A DNA stretch of 64,000 nucleotides from Candidatus Thorarchaeota archaeon (lineage in GTDB: Archaea; Asgardarchaeota; Thorarchaeia; Thorarchaeales; Thorarchaeaceae): contig PRDI01000058.1 of the NCBI GenBank assembly GCA_003345595.1, positions 1 through 64,000 on the forward strand. The letters run 5' to 3'. Both the position numbers and the translations under genes were made by a program. Shown piece by piece: positions 47,941 through 57,791 of the stretch (positions are counted from its first letter, which is position 1; each line of letters begins with the position of its first letter). Below the pieces are notes generated by a model that saw only the letters and a list, made by a program, of their open reading frames with translations, did not search any database and was not told the origin of the DNA.

Positions 47941-48537
47941 TTGTCGGAGCTGTGCGCATTGAACAAACGCTCCATTGCTGCCGTCATGATTCTAGCTGCT
48001 GCGATGGCAGCGTCCACACTACTCTCTGTCAGCAGCTTGGGTGTACTACCCTTCGACGCAGCTGACTTTTGGATGGAACCCTTTTCCTCGCGCACCTCGT
48101 ATGCAGACTGCAATGCCGGGGACGTGCTTCATGGGACGTTTGAAGTCATACAGGATGGCGACCTCTTCCCGGGCGATCAGACCAAGTACGATATTTGGCT
48201 GATTGAGGGTGTTGACTTCTTCATCTTTGATGAGTCAAACTATAATCTTTGGCTCGAGGGAAGCTATGCCATAGCCGCCTATGCGAATGAACGAGTGTCT
48301 GCGCTATCCTGGAGCGTCCGGGTTCCGGAGTCCGGGCGCTGGTATGTTGTATATTCCAACGGGGCAGTATTCAGGAAACATGTGACGGCAATGAGTTCAC
48401 GTTCAGGAAGTGCGTGGTTGGCCTTTCTTGTTGTTCCGTCTGTGTCAGTAGGCTGCTTCCTGTTGGGCTTCTTCTTGCTGGGCCGATTCTGGAGTGGCAG
48501 ACAGTCGGTGGTTCCGACTGGGGAAATCCGACACTGA
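47941..48537 (+). CDS. Type I membrane protein with emp24/p24 GOLD-like domain
   Basis: Signal-like N-terminus; GDVLHGTFEV...GVDFFIFD...WSVRVPESGRWYVVYSN...KHV; C-terminal TM and short tail. Confidence 0.6.
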   Translation: MSELCALNKRSIAAVMILAAAMAASTLLSVSSLGVLPFDAADFWMEPFSSRTSYADCNAGDVLHGTFEVIQDGDLFPGDQTKYDIWLIEGVDFFIFDESNYNLWLEGSYAIAAYANERVSALSWSVRVPESGRWYVVYSNGAVFRKHVTAMSSRSGSAWLAFLVVPSVSVGCFLLGFFLLGRFWSGRQSVVPTGEIRH

Positions 48538-48585
48538 TGGTGTGAGTAGCTGGAAACTCAGTCTGGTCCAGCTTTCTCACAAGAT

Positions 48586-49014
48586 TCAGGTGGTCTGTTG
48601 CTGGGGTGCACTTTCCTTGGCAGGCTCATGCAGCGCCTCATCGATGAGCTGTACTGCGTTTCTTCCGAGCAATCCACCAAAGCCTCCTAGCAGAGCTCCC
48701 AACAACACACTGATGACTATCACGAGCATTCCCATTCCACTTAGTCCCAAAAGACCGATGAAGAAATCAGCTATTTCCAGTGCAGATGCTGAAAACGAGA
48801 GGTATGCAAACAATAGGGTCCAAGCGATAGCCACTCCGACGAAACCAACCAAAAAAGCACGCTTGGAAGTCCGCGTGAACAGCGACCCGAGTATCCCGGC
48901 GATCAGCATGGTCACCCACGATCCACTCAGCTCGAGCACAATGGCGAAGATGGTCGCGATGATGATTGCGGGAACAAGTTTCAAAGATGGGAATATGTCG
49001 TCAATCTTACGCAT
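48586..49014 (-). CDS. Small membrane protein, hypothetical
   Basis: Four hydrophobic segments; Gly-rich GALLGGFGGLLG. Confidence 0.75.
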   Translation of the reverse strand: MRKIDDIFPSLKLVPAIIIATIFAIVLELSGSWVTMLIAGILGSLFTRTSKRAFLVGFVGVAIAWTLLFAYLSFSASALEIADFFIGLLGLSGMGMLVIVISVLLGALLGGFGGLLGRNAVQLIDEALHEPAKESAPQQQTT

Positions 49015-49025
49015 TATGTCACCTC

Positions 49026-51602
49026 CTACGGAACAAACGTCACAGTCCTCTCAATCATCGTGTTCGTTGTGTCTGCCGCGCGAAATGCTTCAGCTGTATT
49101 ATAGAAATACAAGAGGTTGTAGCCGTACTGCTGAGTTGCTTCGTCAAAAGCATACCACAAGTCGAAGAGATCGTCCCAGTGAGGACTGAAGAGATTGCCA
49201 CTCTGTCCTGCTGGAATCACACCATAAGACATCTGAATGTTGCTCAGGTCTGCGACCATCCTCCATGAAGGTCCGTGTGTCACTCTCCAGCCGCCTGCCG
49301 CGTTCAAGGTGTTCTGCCCTCGGTGGGGTCCACCACCGATGTACGTAAAATCGGCAAGATGGTCAACGAAGACTCTGTGGTGGACGCCGTAGACCCAATT
49401 GGCTGGATCATTGCCGAAGTCTCCAATCATATCATTGAGAGCACGATGAAGAGCCCTGACAAGTATTTGATTCCGGGTTTCAACAGTCCCATTTGTCGTG
49501 TGGTCATCAAGATAGTATGCATTGTTATCCTTGATGATCTTCTCGATTATGGGTGTTCGAGACAGCGGAAGCGCGGAGTCAATCGATCTGACCTCATCAA
49601 GGATCTCATAGTGAATTGCATCGCGGAGGTACATCCAGAAAGTGGGAGCGACTATGTCGGTATCCATGACGTAGTCCCAGTCGTCCAACCAGTTCACAGC
49701 CTGCTCGATACTGGTGTTGACATCTCCTGCACTAACCCAGGCGTACGTTACATAGGGCACGATCTCCTCAGCTCTGACTTCGAGTGAGTCTGCTTGGTAC
49801 TGCTTCATATCATCGACGGTCACATTGTTGTTGGTTGCTAGGAGGTGGTCGATGCGACGTCCCCTGTAGCCGTCGTCAAAGGGTCCCAATAGCTTGAATC
49901 CGTAGGAACCGAAATCGATCGATTTCTGGTTTGCGGACTGCAAATAGCCCTGTGACGGGTTCACAGATCGAGGAATCAGGGCATAGGGGATGTTGCTCAC
50001 CATGCCTATCGAGTCGTTCAGTGCGGTGACCGGGTACTCACCTGTGTATCCCGATCTGATAGGGAACCTGCCACACACGGTTATCGCTATGTTGCCCGCG
50101 TCATCGGCATAGATTATGTTTTGGGGTGGACTGTCCCACCAGTAGAGCGCATCATAGTATCCTTGGAGGTCGTTGGCTCTGTTTAGCTTGCTGATGGCAA
50201 GCAACGCAGTGGAAACATCACTTCCCGTCCAGTTCATTGCTATGTTGGACCCTGTGTCGGAGTCGAGCCCATATGTGTCCACGACAGAATCGATGAGCGG
50301 TCCATGAACAGAGATCTTCACATCAAACGGGACATCGGATCCTCCTTTCACTCTGATCGTTTCGTCCACGACCTGGAATGCTCTGTACTGACCATTGTAC
50401 ATGTACGTGCTCGAGTTAGCGGGATTGAGCTGCTCAACAAACACATCGAGCACATCCGCGCCAACATTAGTGAAGCCCCAAGCGATATGGGCCGTGTGTC
50501 CCAGAATGACTCCTGGTAATCCGGGCAAAGTGACTCCAGTAACGTCTATCTCTCCGGGCACGACAATATGAGCCTCGTACCAGAGCGATGGGGCTTGTAG
50601 CCCTAGATGCGGGTCATTGGCCAGGATGGGCTCCCCGGTAGCCGACCTCAATCCGCTGACCGCCCAGTTGTTGCTGCCCAGCATCTCCTCTTCGAACGGT
50701 CTGATGACGTCTTCGATGACTGCCATCAGAGCGTCCAGCTTCTCATTCGGTATGATAGCTTTGTCAACCATTGTCTGGCTGACTAGACCCTCTGGGTTCG
50801 GGGTAGCAGGTTTTCCGCCAGGCGCATCGGGATATGTCGCCAAACTCAGGTTTGTTTGCTCGGGCACTATCGGCACATCGAAGGGCATGACATCAGGGAA
50901 GAGTTCATCATACATTGTGTCGTTGTCAATGGTTTCTCTCACCCACTGGCGATAGAAGTCCTCGAAGCCACCCGACAAGCCCCACGCCATCATCTCTGAC
51001 CATATGAAGATGTCCAATCGAGTCCAGTGTACGGGTGTGAACCCGAGGATCTTGAACTCAATGGGTGTCATCGCGCTTGACATGGAGTCGATGAATGCGT
51101 TTACCCCTTGGACCTCCGCGTCAACCACACTAAGGGAATATGCGATATCAGGATTGGCTTGGTGAGCTATACACCAGTCGAGGGTATTCTGAGCGGACCT
51201 TGCCAGTCCAATAGTACGGTAGAATTTGTCGCTACTGACGCCACGAGAACCGACGATTTCACTAATCCGCCCTGAGGCAAGGTAGTTCTGCAACACCATC
51301 TGGAACAACCTGTCCTTGGCATGAAGGTACCCCAAGGCCATGTAAGCATCTTCGGCTGTGTCACCGTATATGTGAGGGATACCCCACTGGTCGATAATCA
51401 CATCGACCTGCGCCGTGAGACCCGGCAGTTTCACTGTTTGCGCGGCAGGGTTCCTAGCCCCAAATCCCACATCAAAAATCCCGCCAATAGGCTGTATGAT
51501 GCCCAGACCACCTGCCAGCGGTCCAATGGGCATGGTCAGAAGCACTATCAATACCGCAGGACCGACAAGCGACAGGCAAAAGCTGATGATTCTCTTCTTC
51601 AT
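49026..51602 (-). CDS. Penicillin acylase family Ntn-hydrolase (membrane anchored/secreted)
   Basis: DQWGIPHIY, GYLHAKDRLFQM, GSNNWAV (Ser nucleophile), ANDPHL, SANQ, GPSWRMV and GQSG motifs. Start moved to ATG 51602. Confidence 0.93.
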   Translation of the reverse strand: MKKRIISFCLSLVGPAVLIVLLTMPIGPLAGGLGIIQPIGGIFDVGFGARNPAAQTVKLPGLTAQVDVIIDQWGIPHIYGDTAEDAYMALGYLHAKDRLFQMVLQNYLASGRISEIVGSRGVSSDKFYRTIGLARSAQNTLDWCIAHQANPDIAYSLSVVDAEVQGVNAFIDSMSSAMTPIEFKILGFTPVHWTRLDIFIWSEMMAWGLSGGFEDFYRQWVRETIDNDTMYDELFPDVMPFDVPIVPEQTNLSLATYPDAPGGKPATPNPEGLVSQTMVDKAIIPNEKLDALMAVIEDVIRPFEEEMLGSNNWAVSGLRSATGEPILANDPHLGLQAPSLWYEAHIVVPGEIDVTGVTLPGLPGVILGHTAHIAWGFTNVGADVLDVFVEQLNPANSSTYMYNGQYRAFQVVDETIRVKGGSDVPFDVKISVHGPLIDSVVDTYGLDSDTGSNIAMNWTGSDVSTALLAISKLNRANDLQGYYDALYWWDSPPQNIIYADDAGNIAITVCGRFPIRSGYTGEYPVTALNDSIGMVSNIPYALIPRSVNPSQGYLQSANQKSIDFGSYGFKLLGPFDDGYRGRRIDHLLATNNNVTVDDMKQYQADSLEVRAEEIVPYVTYAWVSAGDVNTSIEQAVNWLDDWDYVMDTDIVAPTFWMYLRDAIHYEILDEVRSIDSALPLSRTPIIEKIIKDNNAYYLDDHTTNGTVETRNQILVRALHRALNDMIGDFGNDPANWVYGVHHRVFVDHLADFTYIGGGPHRGQNTLNAAGGWRVTHGPSWRMVADLSNIQMSYGVIPAGQSGNLFSPHWDDLFDLWYAFDEATQQYGYNLLYFYNTAEAFRAADTTNTMIERTVTFVP

Positions 51603-51802
51603 GCATCTCACCTTGAGCCCCGAAGTGTGGTCTAGAAGAGTGTGGTTCGCAACTGATAAGTCTTGGTGAAGGCAAATCTCGGGGGCATGTCCTGTTTTAT
51701 GCAGAGGTACCCGAATTATCCAGTGCAATGGGCTGGTTCTCCATGTTTGTTGACAAGCTTTTTCAGTAAGATAGATGGCCGGTAACGAGGTCGTGAATCA
51801 CC

Positions 51803-52849
51803 ATGGTAAAGACCGACGGATTTAGAGGTAGAGATTTCATAACTCTACGAGAGTACACAAAGGAAGAAGTCGAAACGATTCTGGAGGTCGCACTAGACCT
51901 CAAGAAGAAGTTTGCAGTAGGGGAGCCGCACAAGCTTCTCGACTCAAAGACGCTGTTCATGATATTCTATAACCAGAGCCTTCGGACACGCAACTCGTTC
52001 GAAGCAGGGATGACGCAGCTCGGAGGACATGCCCACTTCTTGGACCCTGACAAGATATACGCTCCAGCGTTGGAGGGTGATGAGAAGGCGTACTCTACCG
52101 AGAGAGTGGCCGATGTTGCTAGGGTTCTTTCGAGAATGGGACATGGGATATCGATTCGCTGCTATGGTGACCCGGTAGGCTGGGTATATGGTCGGGCAAA
52201 CGAGATAATCAGGAACTTCGCCCATTGGTCCAGCATTCCGGTCATCAACATGGAAGATGACAAGTACCATCCATGTCAGGCACTGGCTGACATATTGACT
52301 GTCAAGGAGAAGTTCCACACTTTCAAGGGCGTCCGATTCGTGATGTCTTGGGCCTACTCCCCATCCGTCCACAAACCGCTGGCTGTACCGCAGAGTGCGA
52401 TAATTGCAGCGACCAAGATGGGCATGGACACAGTGCTGGCTCATCCTAAAGGCATGGAACTTGATGACGACATCATCAAGCAATGCAAGGTCTATGCTCA
52501 GGAGAACAACAGCAGCTTTGAGATCATGAATGATATGGATGAGGCATTCAAAGGTGCTGATGTGGTTTACCCGAAGTCTTGGACATGCAAGCAATTCATA
52601 CCACCTTTCAACGCCAAGCCAGAGCTTGACAAGGCAAAGCTCGTTTTTGACAAGAACAAGAGCTGGATTTGCGATGACGCGAAGATGAAGATTGCTGGAC
52701 CCAAGGCTCTCTACATGCATTGCCTGCCATGTGACCGCGGTTTCGAGGTTGCGAACTCAGTGATTGATGGCCCTCAATCCATCGTCTGGGATCAGGCCGA
52801 GAACAGACTGCATGCACAGAAGGCTGTCATGGCGCTGACCATGCGCTAG
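51803..52849 (+). CDS. Transcarbamylase, YgeW/knotted-type (not canonical OTC)
   Basis: SLRT, HPCQ and HCLP motifs, plus WAYSPSVHKPLAVPQS and YPKSW (YgeW-like); no DxxxSMG. Confidence 0.82.
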   Translation: MVKTDGFRGRDFITLREYTKEEVETILEVALDLKKKFAVGEPHKLLDSKTLFMIFYNQSLRTRNSFEAGMTQLGGHAHFLDPDKIYAPALEGDEKAYSTERVADVARVLSRMGHGISIRCYGDPVGWVYGRANEIIRNFAHWSSIPVINMEDDKYHPCQALADILTVKEKFHTFKGVRFVMSWAYSPSVHKPLAVPQSAIIAATKMGMDTVLAHPKGMELDDDIIKQCKVYAQENNSSFEIMNDMDEAFKGADVVYPKSWTCKQFIPPFNAKPELDKAKLVFDKNKSWICDDAKMKIAGPKALYMHCLPCDRGFEVANSVIDGPQSIVWDQAENRLHAQKAVMALTMR

Positions 52850-52962
52850 AAGCGATAGTCTTACACAGCATCGGGGTCACGTGCGGCGGCCGGAGTCGAC
52901 CAATGTCGTGACCTCCGATACACCTTAAAACGCCACGTTCTTCTTCACTTTGCAGTGATTCT

Positions 52963-53994
52963 ATGAAGAGTCTTTTTGGACGCGACCTAATAACAACGCA
53001 GGAATGGAGTGTTGATGAGCTCGAACGAACCTTGGCTCTCGCTTTCGAGTTCAAGGCTCGCCGCTTCGACCACCCATTAAGGGACTGTCTTGACCGCAGG
53101 ACGTTCATGATGTTCTTCTTCAATCCTAGCGTAAGAACTCGACAGAGCTTCGAGTGTGCGGCCACGGAACTTGGCGGGCATGCGCAGTTCCTCGAACCCA
53201 AGACGATGAGGCTCAAGACGGAAACGAGTGCAGGCGAAACAGTCCAAGATGCCGCGAATGTGATGAGTCGCTATGCCTGTGGGATTGGCATCCGGACTCT
53301 TGAAACCGCAGTTGACCGCTACGGTGAAGGTGACGATCTTCTCCGGGAGTATGCTAAATGGGCCAGCGTGCCTGTCATCAGTATGGCGCATGACAAGTTT
53401 CACCCTTGTCAGGGATTGGCCGATGTCATGGGCATGAGAATGCACGGAGGCAAGAACCTGAAGCGCAAGAAACTTCTACAGGTATGGGGAAAGGGAGCTC
53501 TGGTAAGATCTTGGTGTTCAGTGCAGGAGAGTATTCTGATCAACACCCGGCTCGGACTTGACGTGACCTTGGCTTATCCCGAAGGATACGACTTGGATCC
53601 ACAAGTCACCAAATGGTGCGAGGACAACGCTGCCGCATCAGGCGGCCGATTCGAAATAGTTCACGACCTAGAGGAAGGGTACAAGGGAGCTGACTTCGTC
53701 TACAGTCGCAACTGGCAGAGTCCCGCTTTCTATGGAGACATGAAGAAAGTGGGTGCCGACGCGGCCAAGAAGAAAGAGATCGAGATGGCGGCCAGGTATG
53801 ATGACTGGATCTGCAGTAGGGAGTGGATGTCGAGAACGAACAACGCGTTCTTCATGCACTGCGGACCTGTAGACCGCGGGGCAGAGGTTACAGACGAGGT
53901 CTGCGATGGACCGCGATCCATAGTGTATGATATAGCAGAGAACCGGCTGCATGTTCAGAAAGCAATAATGGCCCTGACGATGGCTCGCACCTAG
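52963..53994 (+). CDS. Transcarbamylase of unknown substrate (AOTCase/YgeW-related)
   Basis: SVRT, HPCQ, variant HCGP, YSRNW and AENRLH motifs; no DxxxSMG. Confidence 0.8.
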   Translation: MKSLFGRDLITTQEWSVDELERTLALAFEFKARRFDHPLRDCLDRRTFMMFFFNPSVRTRQSFECAATELGGHAQFLEPKTMRLKTETSAGETVQDAANVMSRYACGIGIRTLETAVDRYGEGDDLLREYAKWASVPVISMAHDKFHPCQGLADVMGMRMHGGKNLKRKKLLQVWGKGALVRSWCSVQESILINTRLGLDVTLAYPEGYDLDPQVTKWCEDNAAASGGRFEIVHDLEEGYKGADFVYSRNWQSPAFYGDMKKVGADAAKKKEIEMAARYDDWICSREWMSRTNNAFFMHCGPVDRGAEVTDEVCDGPRSIVYDIAENRLHVQKAIMALTMART

Positions 53995-54129
53995 CATGGT
54001 TAGGACGTCCTTGGAGCCGCAAGGGCTGAGAACCGGTCACGTGGCAAAACACGCGACTGATAGTCACAGGGCATTCTAGTCCTGACACCGTGGCGAATCA
54101 GGATGACGGGACCTACCGGCCACCACAGG

Positions 54130-54414
54130 CTACCATCCGCCCTCGGTCGTATCAAACATCTTCAATATGAAGTAAGCAATGACACCTACAATCAATATTA
54201 CCGCAAAGAATGCAACCACGAATGATGGACCTGATAATTCATTAAACCAGACGAGCGGCCCAAAGATCTCCCTAAAGTGGACTACACCGGTAAGATCTCC
54301 TATCACTATCAGAATGAGAGGCATTCCAACGAGCATTGCTATTGCCATCGCCATGTATCCTGCTCTTCTGACCCAGGCGCGCTTCGAATCAAGCTGTTGT
54401 CCGTCCGCCATCAC
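54130..54414 (-). CDS. Small 2-TM membrane protein, paralog of the neighbour's C-terminal domain
   Basis: Shares W..RAGY...DLTG...F.EIFGP.V.FNELS...FILK.F...EG.W with the C-terminus of 54457..55320. Confidence 0.8.
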   Translation of the reverse strand: MMADGQQLDSKRAWVRRAGYMAMAIAMLVGMPLILIVIGDLTGVVHFREIFGPLVWFNELSGPSFVVAFFAVILIVGVIAYFILKMFDTTEGGW

Positions 54415-54456
54415 GCTCTGCTCCTGAGATGACTATGAGAATCGTCAAGGAATCGT

Positions 54457-55320
54457 CTACCAAGTACCTTCTTTCGCGCTAAAAGCTTTGAGGATGAAGA
54501 ACATCATGGCTGCTGTAAGAATAATGACAGCAAGGAAGCCTGCTAGAAAGGCGTTTGACGACAACTCATTGAAGAATACATAAGGACCGAAAATCTCACT
54601 GAAGGTATTTGCACCTGTCAGGTCTGCGACCATGACTAGGAAAAATGGTGCCGAAACAAACACAAGTGCTGCGATGGAAAGGTACCCTGCACGCTTAAGC
54701 CAGAGAGATGTGGAATCGCGCGGCAGGGGTTCCGCCGGCGCAGTAACATGTGTTTGAGCTACGGGTTCTGCTGCCTTCGTCCCTCTCTTGAGCAACCTGT
54801 CGCGTAACGAGTCGTACCTGCTCCGCCAGTAAACCTTGAATCCAACCTTGCTGATGTCCTCCGTTCTTCCAAGCAGAACCTTGAGCACAAGGGCTGTAAC
54901 AATCCCGGCAATCACCGCTGGTGTGAATGCAGCCAAGTTTCCGTAGAAGAGGAGGATGTTATATGCCGCAGCTCCTATGCGGAAACCAACTAGGGCGGCA
55001 AGCCAGTTGATGCGATTCCCGAAGATGCGAGAGCGAGTATGAAGATAGTAGGATCCCGCAATCATGGCAAAAAGCGAGAACGAAACTATATCAATTATGA
55101 ACCATAGAACCCACCACTCTGTGTTGAGGGCATAACGAACAAGGGGATTGAACTCAAAGGCTGCACCCAGGTCGTGCCAGAGGAGGACCGTGTAGACAGC
55201 ATCCACCAGACCAATCGGGGCAAGTGAGAAAACAAGATAACGAACCCATTTCTCTTGCCACCAGAGAGAGAACATCACTCTCGGTGTCATCGTGGATAGG
55301 TCCTTTTTTCTCTTAGCCAT
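54457..55320 (-). CDS. DUF5658-like membrane protein with C-terminal 2-TM module
   Basis: LVDAVYT...EFNPLV N-terminal motif; about 6 TM. Start moved to ATG 55320. Confidence 0.7.
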   Translation of the reverse strand: MAKRKKDLSTMTPRVMFSLWWQEKWVRYLVFSLAPIGLVDAVYTVLLWHDLGAAFEFNPLVRYALNTEWWVLWFIIDIVSFSLFAMIAGSYYLHTRSRIFGNRINWLAALVGFRIGAAAYNILLFYGNLAAFTPAVIAGIVTALVLKVLLGRTEDISKVGFKVYWRSRYDSLRDRLLKRGTKAAEPVAQTHVTAPAEPLPRDSTSLWLKRAGYLSIAALVFVSAPFFLVMVADLTGANTFSEIFGPYVFFNELSSNAFLAGFLAVIILTAAMMFFILKAFSAKEGTW

Positions 55321-55567
55321 TTGCACCCTTTTGGCACCCAAATCCCTGTACATCGCTAGTCGTATAAAAGCTTCCAACTGTGCTGTTCTCAGCTGTGACT
55401 GCACGACTGCGCGACCGGCAAGTTGCTAAACTCAAGGTGGGAGAATTCTCTAAGGGTCTAGTCGCTGTATCAGACATATACAATGTCATTCCGAACCTAC
55501 CGAGCAACGAAAAAGAAGATTGGGCAGAGGATTGCGTCCTCTGCCTATACACTAGTTACCTGTTCCG

Positions 55568-57448
55568 CTACAACGTAAACCCTGTGGGGTAGGCCTTCCA
55601 CATGTGGTAGAAGTACGGACCCGAGAGCATTGCGTTGTACACGTAACCGTTCATGTAGACGGCTTCAACATGGAAGTTCGTAGACTGGTATACCCATATG
55701 TAGGCAGCCTGGTCCACGATGGCCTTCTGGATCTTGCCGTAGAGAGTTATGCGGTCGGCTGGAACCAAGCTCTGAGCAGCGGTATTGATCCAGCCATCGA
55801 CGAGAGTCGAGTTCCATCCTGCAGAGATGCCAAGACCGATTCTTCCAGCGTAGAGAGACGTGCTCTTCACGAAGGGAGAAGCGTAGTTGTCCGGATCAGC
55901 GTAGTCTGGTGCCCAACCAAGGAAGAAGAATGGTAGCTGCTTGTTGTTGAGCTGGTACAGATAGCTGGGCCATGAGAGCGCCTGCACTGTTACGGTGATA
56001 GGACTGGCAGGATCAGTTGCCGCGGGATCTGCCAAGATCTTCATGATGCCATCCTTCATGAGCAAACAGCCTTGCTCACGAACAGTGTTGCCTACGTTGT
56101 AGTACAGCTCGATGCTGTAGGACATGTTGGCAAGAATAGCAGGCAAGCCTTCAGTCATGGCTTGGTTCCATTTCAGTACTGCTTGGTCTATGTCGTACTG
56201 ATACATGTACAGACTGTCGTTGTGGCCGAACATGCCGGTCGGGATTGGTCCCTGGCACTGAATGCCAAAGCCGCTTATGATCGTGTCAATGAAGGTTTGG
56301 TAGTCAAATGCGTAGGAGAATGACTCCCTCAGAGACTTGATAGTGAATGGGCTCTGCACGATGCTGCCAGACTTGTTCAAGGTCGGATTCATGTTGAATC
56401 CGATGAACATCACGTTATACCCGGGCTCTCCGCACCATACCTTGAGCTTGCGGTTGAGGGATTTCAGAGTGCCGTCGCCGCTGTCACTAGTAACTCCGTT
56501 CCAGATGTAGCTGGCGTGGGTTGTCGGCCATAGGCCTACGTCGGTCGAGTTGGCCAACAGGTTCAGGATTCTGCTGCTGACATCATTGTTCGTCTTGATC
56601 ACTATGGTGTCGAGTGTGCCCGCCTCCGGGACGTCAGCTATCGCCGCGGTGGCTCTCCAGTAGTTGCTGACCTTGCTGAGCTGTATCACTTCTTCCGGTA
56701 CCCAACTAGTGACATTGTACGGACCAGTGCCACAAGTGTGCGTATCGATGTACGTGTTGTGTGCCCCATAGGCAACTCCACCGTGCTTTGCAACCCATGT
56801 CGGGCTCATCTGGGCACCGACAAAGTAGGTAATCGCTGCAAGGAACGGGGCGAACTTGTAAGCGAGTCTCATCCTGATTACGTAGTTGCTCATAACGATG
56901 AGCGAACTAGAGTTCGCTACCCAGTTGTCATATGCTGCTGCGAACTCTGGGCTAGCACCGCCGTGGTCATAGAGAGCTGCCTCAACATCCCCGCCGCCCA
57001 GGATGGGTTCTGCAAACATCCAAACTGGTCCATCGGGGTCAAAGATCTTCATGGCCCTCTCGAAGTTCCACTTCACGCATGATGCATTGAACGGGGTGCC
57101 GTCCTGGAATGTGACTCCCTGCCGTAGGGTAAACGTGTAGTTCAGACCATCGGCTGAGGTCACATAACTCTCAGCGAGCAGTGGTACAACAGGTTCCGTG
57201 TTATCGGTGTGCCATTCATATGTGTACAACGTCTCATAGCAATTGTAGGCTATCCATGAGCCGAAGGTTTCGTAGTCAACGTGTGGATCCAAGTACTGAG
57301 GCGTGCTGATTGTTTCCCAGATGAGTGTACCCTCCCTTGGAGGTGTGGGCGTCACGCCTGCAGGGCCCTTGGGCCATAGTACGTATGCTCCTGCAGCACC
57401 GACTATGACAACCACCACTACGATGGCGAGTATCTGATTCTTGTTCAT
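55568..57448 (-). CDS. oppA: Oligopeptide/dipeptide ABC transporter substrate-binding protein (family 5)
   Basis: N-terminal anchor; LDPH...YETL, YTFTLRQGVTFQDG, GTGPY and GWAPDYADPDNY motifs. Start ATG 57448 follows SD GGAGG. Confidence 0.92.
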   Translation of the reverse strand: MNKNQILAIVVVVVIVGAAGAYVLWPKGPAGVTPTPPREGTLIWETISTPQYLDPHVDYETFGSWIAYNCYETLYTYEWHTDNTEPVVPLLAESYVTSADGLNYTFTLRQGVTFQDGTPFNASCVKWNFERAMKIFDPDGPVWMFAEPILGGGDVEAALYDHGGASPEFAAAYDNWVANSSSLIVMSNYVIRMRLAYKFAPFLAAITYFVGAQMSPTWVAKHGGVAYGAHNTYIDTHTCGTGPYNVTSWVPEEVIQLSKVSNYWRATAAIADVPEAGTLDTIVIKTNNDVSSRILNLLANSTDVGLWPTTHASYIWNGVTSDSGDGTLKSLNRKLKVWCGEPGYNVMFIGFNMNPTLNKSGSIVQSPFTIKSLRESFSYAFDYQTFIDTIISGFGIQCQGPIPTGMFGHNDSLYMYQYDIDQAVLKWNQAMTEGLPAILANMSYSIELYYNVGNTVREQGCLLMKDGIMKILADPAATDPASPITVTVQALSWPSYLYQLNNKQLPFFFLGWAPDYADPDNYASPFVKSTSLYAGRIGLGISAGWNSTLVDGWINTAAQSLVPADRITLYGKIQKAIVDQAAYIWVYQSTNFHVEAVYMNGYVYNAMLSGPYFYHMWKAYPTGFTL

Positions 57449-57791
57449 GTCTTCCTCCTTCTTTTGTGTTGTGTAGCACAGATGTCCTTGCGGACCAAGT
57501 AGGTCGCATGTTGGAACCCTAGGGGTCCCCGGTGAAATATGGACCTCCGTGCTCCAAACAACAAGCACCTTTACTCGTCATGCGTCTAATATAGCTTACT
57601 ACTCCCCAGATGACCAGAATGGCGCACCCTGCAATCTTGCAGGAGTCAAAAGCTATTATAGATGTGCAAGAGCATGCACATCATAGGCCGGGTTCAACCA
57701 AATACTTAAGTATCCTGCAAAACCCGCCTCACTAGCTCACAAAGTCTAGAGATTCGGCCCCCGGAATCAACAGGTGCCTGAGGTCTAACAG

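Noticed and set aside
51803-53994. Annotating the pair as argF or pyrB
   Set aside because: The ornithine-binding DxxxSMG and aspartate-specific motifs are absent.
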